From Podarcis pityusensis (Eukaryota), in the NCBI GenBank assembly GCA_964106645.2, contig OZ067044.1: DNA of 64,000 bases, one strand, 5' to 3'. The notes under the pieces are model-generated. The model searched no databases. It saw only the letters and a list, made by a program, of their open reading frames with translations, and had not been told where the DNA came from. Made by a program: the position numbers and the translations under genes. Shown here in pieces: positions 49,687 through 62,730 of the stretch; position 1 is the first letter of the stretch, and each line of letters opens with the position of its first letter.

Positions 49687-52116
49687 CTGCTCACCAACCT
49701 CCTCTTTGGCACTGGCATCCCCACAGTTGCCATCTACAAGAACCACCTGAGAGCTATCATTGCATAGCAAGTTTTCTGCCACCTGGATATGGGGTTTTGG
49801 GAAAGAGATCTGCTCTTTCCTCATCTCTGACGATAGACAGAGTTGATAGGAATAAGGTAAAGTTCCTTCTTCATAGTTTGGTGGAAATATGACCTGCGCC
49901 TTAGAAAAAGCATTAGGTTCAAAGCATTGGAATAATTTGGGATTTCCTGATTGTCGAAGTTTCATGACAATGAACAGTATCACTGTCAGGAGGAATAAAA
50001 ATGAGATCAATGCCAAAGCAAGCACCAAGTAAAACTGGAGGTCAGAATGATGTTCTGTGTCACCGGATTGCCTAGTCATTTCCGGAAGTGCCTCTTGGAA
50101 GTTCTCGGCAATCACAAGATTGAGGACCACAGTTGCTGAGAGCGGAGCCTTCCCATTGTCCTTCACCAGGATGACCAGCTTCTGTTTCACAGCATCTTTC
50201 TCCAGAAGGGCTCGTGACGTCCTGATCTCTCCTGTGTGGGTCCCAATGGTGAAGAGGGCCGGCTCTGTGGCCTGCAGCACTTGATAGGAGAGCCAGGCAT
50301 TGTGCCCAGAGTCCGCATCCACAGCCACCACTTTGGTCACTAGGTAGCCTGGCTCTGCCGAGTGAGGAACCATCTCAAACAAGGCAGAGCCCTCAACACC
50401 CGGGACAGGATACAGAACGCGAGGGCTGTTATCGTTCTGATCCAAAATGTACACCCACACGGTGGCGTTGTTGCTGAGAGAGGGAGAGCCACCATCTTGG
50501 GCCTTCACTTGGATCTGAAACTCCCTGAATTGCTCATAGTCAAAGGAGCGCTGTGCATAGATAGTTCCCGTCTCAGAGTTGATGGAGACGTAAGAGGAGA
50601 GAGGCAGCTCCTCCATGTTGCTGTTGAGGATGGAGTAAGTGATACGTGAGTTGCGGTCCAGATCCGGGTCCGAGGCTTTGAGGGCAAAAATGGAGGCACC
50701 TGAGGGATTGTTTTCAGGCACAAAGACACTGTAGGTTGATTTTTCAAAGGCAGGGGGGTTGTCATTGATATCTGAAATCTGCAGGGAGATGGTTTTGTTG
50801 GAGGAGAGAGGGGGGCTACCTTTGTCGGTGGCTGTGATTGTGATGTTGTATCCTGAGGCTTTTTCTCTGTCCAAAGGACTTTCTGTGAGGATTTTATAGT
50901 AGTTCTTTGAAGTTGACACTATTTTAAATGGTACATTACCTTGTAAGTGGCACGTAATTTTTCCATTTTCTCCAGAATCCCTATCCTTTGCGTTGATGAG
51001 AGCAATTAGTGTTCCAGAAGCAGAGTCTTCAGGAATTGGACTAGATAAGGAGGCTAGAATGATTTCTGGAGCATTGTCATTCTCATCTATAATCTTTATA
51101 TCAACATTAGAGTGAGCCACTAATCCTCCTCCATCTCTTGCTTCAACGGTCATAGTGTACTTCTCTGTTTCCTCAAAGTCAACGGCTTCTTTAATTGTAA
51201 TTATTCCATTTTGTGGATTTAGGTCAAATTTTTGGTAGGCTCTTTCTGGAATATTACTAAATGTATAATGAATTTGGGCATTCACACCTTCATCCCTATC
51301 AGAGGCTTTTACTTGCAGTATGGGGGACCCCACAGGGGAATTTTCCCTCAGGCTAACTGTATAAACCTCTTGAGCGAAAACTGGTGGGTTGTCATTGGCA
51401 TCTGTGACGTTAATCCATATCTGGGCAGTCCCAGTTTTTCTGGGTTCACCCCCATCCAGGGCCGTAAGGATCAACTGAAGGGAGTGATCATTTTCCCTAT
51501 CCAAAAGTTTCTGCAGCACCAATTCTACATATTTATGGCCATCTTCTCTCTGTCGTATGTCTAGAACGAAATAGTGATTTGGACTTAGCTGGTAATTCTG
51601 GAGAGAATTAATCCCAATATCAGGATCTTCAGCTTTCCCAATATGAAATCTTGTACCTGGTAATGTGGATTCAACAATTTCAAGCCTCATGATTTCCTTT
51701 AAGAACTGTGGCACATTATCATTAATGTCCTGAATTGCTACAATAATATGGAAAACATTCAAAGGATTTTCAATCACAGCTTCAAAATTAATCAGACAGT
51801 GCACACTGTCCCCACATATTTCCTCACGATCTATCCTTTCATTTACATACAGGTTTCCATTTTCAGCATTGATAGTGAAATATGGCTTTTTACCTTCAGA
51901 AAGGATATGCAGCTTTCTGCTCTTCAGTTCTCTGGCATTCAGTCCTAGATCCTTGGCAAGATTTCCCACCAAAGACCCCTTTGCCATCTCCTCAGGAATG
52001 GAATAGTTAACCTCTTCCAAAACTGCTCCACAGAACAAAGATGAAAATATCAGAAGTGTTATATGCCTTCCTGATGTTTGAAAGCTCTTTCCATGGAGGA
52101 TTCCTCTCATCTTCAT
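49687..52116 (-). CDS. PCDHG: Protocadherin gamma variable exon, gamma-B-like, B subfamily (gene 7)
   Basis: Full ORF; ATG 52116; donor CAG|GTAAGT at 49687; 810 codons. Confidence 0.95.
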
Positions 52117-52360
52117 TTTCCTCTTCTCTTTGATGAGCACAGGATTTCAGATTTCCACCAAGACAGGAGATTTTTTTGCCCAGTAAAAAAAGAACTGGAT
52201 CCTTTGGCTTAATTTGTATATGCTGCAGTGTTTTCTTTTTTCTTTCTCAGCTGAAACGTTCGTTCCAGCGTCTGCTGGTATTCCCGATGTGGAGTTTGGG
52301 ACAAAGAGATCTCTCTGCAGAAAGCATCAGTGGAACTTCAGCTGCCCATGGATTGCCGTC

Positions 52361-52402
52361 TTGTCCAACAGTGACACTGTGAGTCTGAAGCAGAGAACTG
52401 CA
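52361..52402 (-). promoter_or_regulatory. CSE-type element of gene 7 (CACT variant)
   Basis: Identical to the gene 5 element. Confidence 0.8.
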
Positions 52403-53170
52403 ATCTTTTCCCAGTGATTTTTCTCCCCAATACATGTCACACAAGGTCTCTGTTGGTGTTTATATGTGATGACTCAAGGCAGGCTTTTAAACAGAATATG
52501 TGAACCTTCTTTACTAGCTTTAATTTTCACCCCAATCTTGATATTTTGTAGGTTAATTTTTTACTCTACGTTGATAGAGATATTTACAATTATTTCCAAG
52601 CTTATTAATTTGCAGTGCTGCTGACAAAAATGGAATTACAGGCTGCACAATTAAACAATATCATTTATAGTATGGGACTATTTAGAAATTGAGGAAAATG
52701 TATTATTGCCTATAGTTAGGCCTTCACATGAACCTTAGAAACAAGAATGTCTGCTTTTAGAGGTATATATCTTCTTGTGTTTGAGTGTATATCCTAAGGA
52801 AGCATCTTGTATTACATTGCTTATCACTGAAATTAGTCCCACATCTCATGCTTAGTTTTGTCATCTCACCTCGTATTAGCGCTCAGAATATTGGTCTATT
52901 TGTGTAGACAACCCCTTCAATAGATTTATTTAGCAGCTCTCAACTTTGCCATTGTTCCCCCCACATTCATGTGCTCCAGTAATTCAGTCACGGTAGATAG
53001 CTTTCCAATTTCTAGTGTTAATTTAATTTACTATGTGTGCTTCTGACCTTGCACATCTACTTCACAGTCTCACAGGTATGGCTCATCACCCTCTTCTTTA
53101 CACAGAACAATAACATTATAGGTTTTTTGTAAGCCAATAGTATGTAAGGGATCCTGAGTATGCAGCTTGA

Positions 53171-53212
<42 letters not shown>

Positions 53213-53579
53213 TTAACTTCCTCTGCATGGCCTGGCTGGCCTCCACTGGTTTCCACCCACAAAGTGATGTTAGTGCCACTCTGCTGGTGCATAATTGTCC
53301 ATTGTTAGCAGACCTTTCAGCATGAATCAGATTGGAATAATCACTTTCAGTTTCTGGAGTTCAAATGCTTCATTCATGCAGAAACTATCTACAGGATGAA
53401 TAGTGATGATAGAGAGAAACAGCACACATCTTATTTCAACAAGTTGGGAGACAACTACAAAATCGCTCAGCTTTTAGGGGTGAAGTAAACTTAGACATAA
53501 TAGATACAAACAAGTGCTCACTAGATGGTTACAGAAACAAGGATTAATTATAAATTACTAACAGATGACATCCAACTGT

Positions 53580-53995
53580 CTTACGGACTACACTCTGGAT
53601 TTGTGTAGGGTGTACTCCTTAGCTTTCTCTTCTCATGAAGATAGCCTGCAAGGCAGCAGAGTTTTGGATCAGAGTTTTCCTTCCGCTAAATGTGTTACCT
53701 TCCCAGGTTGAAGAGGAAGTGATCTGCCACTCACTTCCCTCTATGGCATGTGCAGTAACCACCTTCTTGATTGCTGAACCCACTATTGGTTTTCTCTGCT
53801 CAATCCACCACAACTTGTCTTCACATACAGAGAAAGTCCCTAACTCATTGAGGGTTTGAGACCCATCAGCTACCCTCACTTGCTTTAGCCAGTCAGTCAA
53901 AGTCATATTGCAGGATGTGGCACCTGCCATAGTGCCTGTGTGCATGGTGGGGACCAAAGACAGACAAACTACCTCAGAAGTAGGATGACGTTTCT
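53580..53995 (-). pseudogene. Highly decayed Pcdh EC2-end/EC3 relic
   Basis: REK...HTGT, frameshifted REN, VGSAIKKVVTAHAIEGSEWQITSS (cf. [24 protein letters not shown]), EEKAKEYTL. Confidence 0.5.
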
Positions 53996-54016
53996 CCCTT
54001 GATGCCCACCCCCCCA

Positions 54017-55069
54017 GGGTCCAAGTATTGGATCAATATTGAAACTGGTCTTTGCTCTTCAGTGCCCTCCCCCTCAGCTCCACTGAGTGCAAATGAGGAC
54101 CTTTAGGTATCATCAGCCCTGAGCCAGTAAGTGCTACAGTCAATGAGTCATCAGTACAGATGAGTAATTGCCATCACCAGATTCCCCTAAACTAGTAAGA
54201 ATGCCATGAAGGTTGGTTTGGGTAACTCTCCTTTCAGGTCTTGGGCTGCCCACTATAGGATCCTTATGTTTTCTAACCCACATAGCATTTGCCAGTTGTG
54301 GCACATTTAAAAAGAATGGCTGGGGTCCAAATACAGCCAGTCTTTAATTATTGGCTGCCTAGCAGATGAGAAAGCTCCTGTCATTCATCCTCTCATTCGG
54401 CCAATTTAGAACAAGAACAAAATACTACCATTCAGCCCCAACTGGGAACTGATAGATCCTGCCTTGTTTGAAGCTAGAAGGAGAAGGCCAGATACTGCCA
54501 TGCCAAACAGAGGCCTAGAGATGGTGCCACCATGCCCACGCCAACTGTCCACAGAGGCAGCGTTGAGAACATGCTGCACAATTAACACCTCCGAAAGATT
54601 AAAGTAAAAGCATCTTCTGTTGAGTTCAAAGATACACATAAAAAGGTTGCATCCACATTACACATGACCTCCTACATTAAAACAATGGGTTAAGCATTGC
54701 ATCCAATGCTCAATTAAATACCAACAATTTGATCAGTGAAATTCAATCCTCACTGTTATATGAAACAGGGAAACTCTAGATCTGAACCATGATGTCAAAG
54801 TACTTTGTACAATGTTTTTCACAATTGTTCACAGAGGCAGCATTGAGAACATGCACAACAATTTATATCTCCATACGATTAAAGCAAATGCATCTTCTGT
54901 GGAGTTCAAAGATGCACAAAAAAAGGTTGCATCCACATTACAGATGAAGTCCTGTATTAAAATAATGGGTTACATGTTGCAGCCAATGTTCAATTAAATG
55001 CCAACAATTTAAGGAGAGGAACCCAATTCTTGCTATTGAATGGAACAGGGAAATTCTGTATCTGAACCA

Positions 55070-55105
<36 letters not shown>

Positions 55106-55150
55106 TACAATGATCTTCAATATAAACTATAGGCAACCTATTCAGACTTG
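54017..55150 (+). repeat. Recent copy of 42822-43621 followed by an older diverged copy (54822-55150) of its 3' third
   Basis: CACAGAGGCAGC...GGTTGCATCCACATTACA...GAACCA occurs twice in tandem. Confidence 0.85.
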
Positions 55151-56855
55151 TAAATATGAGCACCCTATTACTAGATTAAAATCAATTTATAACATAAATC
55201 CAGATTGCTACAGCTCACTACAGGTTAAAAACGATACAGATACACTATATTGGGTGATAATAATAATAGTATAGTAATAGTAATAACTGCAATAGTAATA
55301 GCAATAGTAATAGTAATAACTCGGTGAATGTTGTAGTTGTCCATTCTTGAGTCAAATTGATGCCAAAAAACACAAGGTACTTAGATAATCATGTCACAAC
55401 GTACTTTATGCAAGGTATACATGTGCGTTGTGTGTGTATGTGTGTAACCAACCCCCTGCCCCTGAACAAATCTTGAAAAAAAGAGATTTATAACTAGCCT
55501 AGCTTTAGGGAGATTTAAGTAAATCATAAGGCCCCCCCATGCCATTTTTATTGTGACTCATGATGATGTATGAATGCTTATTTTGTTTTTGGTTCTTTGT
55601 TAATGTTCTTGATATTGTTTTGTGGACTATGAGAGCTGTAATGCTTTGTGAATTTTATAATATGACTTTTCTTGTGGCTGTGCTGTTTAGCCTATTTTTA
55701 AACTTGTTTTGTTAAAAGTGTATTTTAAAAGGTGGTTGTTTTACTTTACTGATGATTTGTTTATTATTTTATATGATTTTTATTGTGCTTGTGATGTTCT
55801 ACTGTGTTATTATTTATGGTACAATAAGCCGCTTTGTGACTAATGTGAGTGAGTGTCCCATATCTTCCTGCTGAAATCCTGCAACTTTTTATAATACCAA
55901 TGTTCTGGTTTATTCTTTGTCCCACTTTCATTATACAGTAGTGCCCCCACAAATGGCAATAGTTTAACTAGCAAGTAGTGATATTTTTCATGTAAGTTTA
56001 TGTAAATCTTATTACCTAGTTTAGATTTTGTTACCTCGCTCTGTGCTAAGGACTAATGCAATGACAGCTGTTCTCTTAAAAATTGCAATAACACTGGGGA
56101 GGCAGCGCAAAACAACTAATAAAGAAGAATGATGTGTGGACAATCCAGTATACATTTACTATTAATACACTATTATTGTGTCAAATGTTGAAGAACAAAA
56201 CAAAGAACAAAAAATTGCAATATCCCCTGAAAGTAGTATGTACTTATAAGCAAAAGTATGTATATCACTGATGATATTTTCTGCCAACAGAAAGAAGTGT
56301 ATTTCCTTGATTATATAGTAAAAAAAATGACATACTCCAAACCACGTGCCATAAAAGGAGCACAAAAACCTCACTTCTTATCATTTAATATTAAATTTAT
56401 TTAAGCACTAAAGCTGAAATCGTAAGCCATCTTCCCTGGAAGTAAGCCTCGTTGAATTCAATACAACTACTGGGTAGATATCCTTGGGATTGAACTGTCA
56501 ATATAAAACAAAACAGAAAATGGAATACCCCAACTGACTACGAAATGGCTAATTGCACCAGGTGGTTTAGTCTCATCTACTTAGACTAGATAGGAAAGAT
56601 GATGACTCATGAGGGCATTTATATTGCAAGCTGCCATGTGATCTTTGGATGAAAGGTAGAATAGAATGCTAATAACTAATTAAAATGAACATAAAAAACA
56701 AAATAAAGACCCACCTATTAATTTCTATATGAAAAACTAACTAAAGACTAAAAAAGGCAGGTACACTTGCAGTATAAAAGGTTGTATTGCAATGTCACTA
56801 AAGCTAAAGAACTACAGAGTGTACCATACATGTAACTGCAGAGAACAAATCTTAC

Positions 56856-59276
56856 CTCTTCACCATTAGCCATTTCAGAATGAAAATTGTTTCCACTGTT
56901 GCCTGTAAAAGGCACATCAGGTTTCTCACTGCTAAGAATATTGTCTATCATCTGAACATTGGGTGTTAGGAAGGCAAACTCATTCTTCCTGGTCTCAGAA
57001 GACAGACACAGCTGGTAGGAATAGGGCAAAGTCCCATCTTCAAAGTTGGGTGGGAAGATGGCACCATTCTTGGAATGGGGAACAGGACCAAAGCACTGTA
57101 GGAACCTGGGATGCCCTGACTGACGGAGCTTCATTGTAACGGCCAGAATCACAGTCAAGAGGAACAAGAAGGAGATCACAGCTAAGGCCAGCACCAAGTA
57201 GAACTGCAGGTCAGACTGATACTCTGAGCTGCTGGGTTGGCTCTTCATTTCCGGAAGGGCCTCCTGAAAGTTCTCAGCAAACACCAGGTTCAGAGTCATG
57301 GTGGCTGAGAGAGACGGCTGCCCGTTATCCTTCACCATAATGACCAGTCTCTGTTTCACAGCGTCTCTCTCCACAAAGGCCCTGGAGGTCCTGATCTCTC
57401 CAGTATGAGAACCAACCGTGAAGAGTGCCGGCTCAGTGGCCTGAGTGAGGTGGTAGGAGAGCCAGGCGTTGTGTCCAGAATCTGCATCCACGGCCACCAC
57501 CTTGGTGACAAGATAATCTGCTTCGGCCGAACGAGGCACCATCTCAAACAAGGCTGAGCCCTTGGCTTCTTGTGAGGGGGACAGGATACGAGGGCTGTTA
57601 TCATTCCTGTCAAGAACAAACACCCTGACGCTCACATTGCTGCTGAGAGGGGGAGAACCCCCATCTTGGGCCTTCACTTGCAGATGGAACTCTCTGAATT
57701 GTTCATAGTCAAAGGATCTCTGGGCATAGATGGTGCCGGTCTCTGAATTAATGGAGATATAGGAGGATATGGGAAGCTCCTCGATGTTGCTGTTGAGGAT
57801 GGAGTATGTAATCCGTGAGTTCTGGTCCATATCGGGATCAGAGGCTTTGATGGTGAAAATGGAGGCACCTGAAGGATTGTTTTCTGGCACGTAGATGTTG
57901 TAGGATGGTTTCTGAAAAGTAGGGGCATTATCATTGATATCTGAGATCTGTAGTGAAATTGTTTTGTGTGTGGAAAGAGGTGGAGTTCCTTTATCAGTGG
58001 CTGTGATTGTAATATTGTATGCAGGAGCTATTTCTCTGTCCAAAGGACTGTCTGTCTGGAGCTTGAAGTAATTGTTTGATGAGGGAAGAACTTTGAAGGG
58101 TAAATCATCCTGTAAATAGCAAGTAACCTTCCCATTATCTCCACTATCTCTGTCATTCACATTGATCAGAGCAATAACTGTCCCTGGCAGAGAATCTTCA
58201 GGAACAGGACTGAACATGGAGGCTAATGTCACATCCGGGGCATTATCATTCTCATCATGAACCCTTAGCTCAATGTTAGAATGTGTCATCAATCCACCTC
58301 CATCTTTTGCAGCAACTGTCATTGTATATTCATCGTTGTCCTCAAAATCCAGTTGCTCCAAGAGGGTGATTGAGCCACTGATGGGATCCAGCTTGAATTT
58401 CCGTTCGGCAGTTGCTGGTATGTTACTAAAATGATACCTGATTTGGGCATATAAATCTTCATCCTTATCAGAGGCTGCAACCTGGAGAACAAGTGACCCA
58501 ACAGGAACATTTTCAGATAAGCTGACCTTGTACACCTCTTGAGTGAAAACAGGTGGGTTGTCATTGGCATCTGTGACATTAATCTGTATCTGGGCCGTCC
58601 CAGTTTTCCTAGGCTCACCCCCATCCATAGCGGTAAGAACCAAGTGAAGGGTCTGTTCACTTTCTCGATCAAGAGGGTTCTGTAGCACCAGTTCTGCATA
58701 TTTATTTCCATCTTTTCTCTCTCTCACTTCCAAATTGAAGTACTGGTTGGAGCTCAGCTGGTAATCCTGGAGTGAGTTCATCCCAATGTCAGGATCTTCC
58801 GCTTTCCCAAGGAGAAATCGAGTGCCTGGCAAGGTTAGTTCGCCTGTCTCCAGGTTGATGTTGCCATTGAGGAATTGTGGTGCATTATCATTAACATCCC
58901 GGATTTCCACTAGTACATGGAAAATATTCAAAGGGTTTTCCACCACAACTTCAAAATTAACAAAGCAATTTGGATTTTTGCCACATATCCCCTCCCTATC
59001 AATCCTGTCATTTACATAGAGGTTTCCATTCTCTGCATTGATACTGAAATGCTGCATTTTAGCCACAGACACAGTGTGCAGATTGCGATGTTTTAGTTCT
59101 TTGGTGCTCAGTCCCAGGTCCTTGGCAAGGTTCCCCACAACGGAACCCTTTGCCATCTCCTCAGGGGTAGAATAATGAATCTGCTCTGATGCAGCCCAAC
59201 AGGTAAAAGACAATAGAGAGAGAAGCAGTACTTGCCTTGTGAGTGCCCTGCCATTCCCTGGGTGCCTTCTCTCCAT
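56856..59276 (-). CDS. PCDHG: Protocadherin gamma variable exon, gamma-B-like, M subfamily (gene 8)
   Basis: Full ORF MERRHPG...; donor GAG|GTAAGA at 56856; 807 codons. Confidence 0.95.
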
Positions 59277-59545
59277 CTGGCTGGTTCTCTCAAAAACAGG
59301 CTGCTTCCTTTTCTCAGTTTCCTATGCTCAAGCTCTCACAGTGATGAAGGAAACAACATGAGGTATCACTGAGGAAGAATAAACTGCCCTTGTTCTTATA
59401 TGTGTGCAAAGCAAAAGAGATTTTTCCTTCTCTGCAAGAGTTCCGTCATTGTGTGCTTCAGTTGGCCTGATCTGAATAACAGTGATGGGAGTTACTGCAG
59501 TCTAGGAAGCATCAATGAATGTCTATCCTCTCTCTGGCTCTCATA

Positions 59546-59587
59546 CTGGCCAACACTGACACTTAGAGGACCACTCGAGGAACTGCA
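59546..59587 (-). promoter_or_regulatory. CSE-type element of gene 8 (CAGT variant)
   Basis: TGCAGTTCCTCGAGTGGTCCTCTAAGTGTCAGTGTTGGCCAG. Confidence 0.8.
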
Positions 59588-60295
59588 TTTTGTTCTATGA
59601 AAATAGACAGAGGTGAATAAATGCAGATGTTTCTACAGCACATACTGTACCTTCCTTTCTGCTCACTGAGTGGAGCATTTGAGAAAGCTTTTCCTTGGTG
59701 TTCTTTCTTAGTGTACAGCTACCCTCATTTATGTTCGTGGCTTTTCAGTACTGTGAAAATTGGGGTTGTATCTAATACTGCAATTACATGAAGGTTATGC
59801 ACATCTTCATTTTTTATTGGAAGTATGGAAACATTATTATTAATATGTAAATATCCAGTTATATAGTAAAACGAGAGCTGTAAGTCTCCTGTATTTTTTT
59901 CTTAAATAGAATTAATATAAACACCCTACTGAAATTACTCTCTTTTTTATCTCTCCTAAGTTGTTGGATGTCTGTTCATCAACATTTATGGAACATAGTA
60001 CAAGTTCTTCTCAGTGTTGGGTAGGAATTCCAAGAGTAACTTACTATTCCAAGAGTTCTCTCTCTGTTTTTTGAGGATAAGATAAGATGCAACACTTGCA
60101 GCTCCTGTCTGGACAGCACTACGTAATAAAAGTGTGTTCGCTGGTATTGGTTCTACATCAGACTCTGCCACCTGCCTCCTACCTGCTGGTGCCATACAAA
60201 TGTCTTTGTGCTTAGCAGTTGCTCCCCTGTGATCAAAGCAGGAACACAGCACAAGTGCAGGACCAATGGCTGTAGCTGCTCTACCAGCAGTAAAA

Positions 60296-60470
60296 AAAGG
60301 TAAAGGACCCCCGGATAGTTAAGTTCCGTCAAAGGCGGCTATGGGGTACCGGCGCTCATCTCTCTTTCAGGCCGAGGGAGCCGGCATTTGTCCACAGACA
60401 GCTTTCCAGGTCATGTGGCCAGCATGACTAAACAGCTTTTGGCACAACGGAACACCTTGACGGAAGCTAG
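60296..60470 (-). mobile_element. Sauria SINE 3' fragment
   Basis: AAAGGTAAAGG tail and GGTCATGTGGCCAGC core on the reverse strand; absent from the paralogous site near 34970. Confidence 0.8.
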
Positions 60471-61701
60471 GCATGATCCAACAGGATAAAATGTTTGTTG
60501 GCACTTTACATGTGAGCTCATATCATGATAATAGCATCATGAAGTTTGGGAACTGAGAACAGTGGAGAGACAAGAGGTGTTCGAAGAAATCAATTGTGTC
60601 TAATTGAAAGAGTATATGATACAGGTCTTATTAGAAAATAACTAAAGTAATTTACTTTCAGTTTGTACGCATTAAAGGTAATAGCTCCTCTTATTGCTCC
60701 ATAGAACAGCCTACAAGACCATAAACCCAATCTGGAGATGTGTATCCTCTTCAAATATTTTTGCCTGGCATATATCCCCTGGAAACTGGAACCCCACCGC
60801 ACAGAACTGACATTTCCAAGTGATCACAACCAGAGTGCTGCCTAATTTTCAACATGCTTCTAGTTTTTCATGTGCTAGTCTATCACACAGAAACATTGCA
60901 CACAACTCTATTTCATAAAAACATAAGAAGAGCCCTGCTGGATCAGGCCAGAGCTCTATTGAGTCCAGCATCCTTCCTCCCACTGTGGCCAACCAGATGC
61001 CCCTCAAAAGCTCTGCCCTTGGTCCACATTCAGAGGTGTCTGATACTAGACATAATATAGCCAATGTGACAATGATTTTTTCTAATCCCCCTTTAAAACC
61101 ACCCAAGTAGGTGACCATCGTTGCACCTTGTGATAGTGATTTCCATTGTTTGTTTGTTTAAATAAGTAAATTATTTAGAAATGGTTTATATAAAAACAAA
61201 ATGGCTAGGCATACAATTATCATTAAATTCCTATTATGAAATCAAATAAAGCATATAGCCTTCATAAAGATCTGAATAAAGTATGTGGGTCTGCGTTATC
61301 TTGAACTTCATTGCACCAATAAATTATGAAAAAACACACAGAAAGTTATCAGACTGCCTCCCCTCCCTGACTCTTAGTTGTACCATTGATAAAATATTCC
61401 ATGCTGTAGTAATCCATTCCCCTAAAGTTGGTGTTCTTAGCCCCTGCTAAGACAAATAGTTGCTCTGGCCACAGACAGTAACTGTTGGAGTAATTATCTG
61501 TCTTCTGTTTTACTAAATCCTTAAAATAACTAGAGAAATCAATGAGAGGATCCATTGGCAAATTGCATCCTGTCATTATTTCATTTTCTCTTATTATATC
61601 CACCCACAAATTCTTAATTTAGGGACATGCCTCCCAAACCTGTTGCATCCTAGCATTGGTTGAATTGTACTTCCAACGTAATTATTTGCTGTTCTATAAA
61701 T

Positions 61702-61804
61702 TTGACCAAACTGTGGGAGGCAGTGGAAGACAGGAGTGCCTGGCGTGCTCTGTCCATGGGGTCACGACGAGTCAGACACAGCTAAACAACTAAACAACAA
61801 CAAC
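61702..61804 (+). mobile_element. RTE/Bov-B-like LINE 3' end
   Basis: GCCTGGCGTGCTCTGTCCATGGGGTCACGACGAGTCAGACAC followed by a (CAA)n tail. Confidence 0.75.
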
Positions 61805-62521
61805 TAAAATGTGACGAAGCCACAGCAGTGTCATATACCATCAAAAGATAAACTTATACAAGTGTTTCTTAAGATTCACACTAATTGTTTGCTGCCATAT
61901 CCATTTACACTGTTTACACTGATCTGATGTCCCAGACTTCTCTGGCAATTACTTTGTTGCATTTAATTGTCAACAAGGAATTCCATAGTTTAACTATGCA
62001 TTGTATAAAGAAGTACTTCCTTTTATCTGTTCTGTATTGCCCAATGTTCAGCTTCATCCAGGCTCCAGTAATATGAGAGAGGGGGATCTATCTATTCATT
62101 TTCTCAACCTCATTCATAATTCTATACAGCTGTTTCACTTCCCTTCTTGTATTTTATCTAAACTAAGTATCCCTACAGAAGTTGTTGCACCCATGGATCA
62201 TTTGGGATGCCTTTTTCTGTGCTTGCTGTTATTTCACACAACTTCTTTTTATGAATCCTCCAGAGAAGCCCCACATAGTCCAAAATTATACTACAAATAT
62301 ATAGGAAGCATTCCATGTTTTATGCATTCTTCAGTTAAGCTGATCATAACAGGACAAATAAACTGTGCTTTGTGTGAGTGAAAAAGTACAAATCCTTATT
62401 TTTAATTGATGAGGGATGTATAAATAACTATATATTTATGGTGACATGCTAATACCCCACAGGAAGATTGAACACTCAAGCTGTATGCATGCCTACATTT
62501 CCTTTAATTTCTGAGATGAAG

Positions 62522-62665
62522 ACTCACTCTGTCATTATTGTATGCCTCAGAATTTATGCCGCGTCTACCATTGCAATTTAAAAACTACTTGTAGGAAAAG
62601 TTCTTCACAATCAGAACAACTGATGCTAATACTGTGATTTGATTTTGCTGACACCCTTATATAGT
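62522..62665 (-). pseudogene. Ghost gamma-B cytoplasmic tail with GTGAGT donor, downstream of gene 9
   Basis: QNQITVLASVVLIVKNFSYK*FLNCNGRRGINSEAYNNDR|GTGAGT; paralogous to the other two copies. Confidence 0.65.
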
Positions 62666-62730
62666 AAAACAAAAAATATATATGAGTTTTATTCCTATAA
62701 GGTAAGGCCATTTCTGAAAGCAAAACTTAC

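Noticed and set aside
60700-60830. GVPVS / NFSG words resembling a gamma-A tail (also 47560-47660)
   Set aside because: The two paralogous copies give the motifs in different registers; unsupported.
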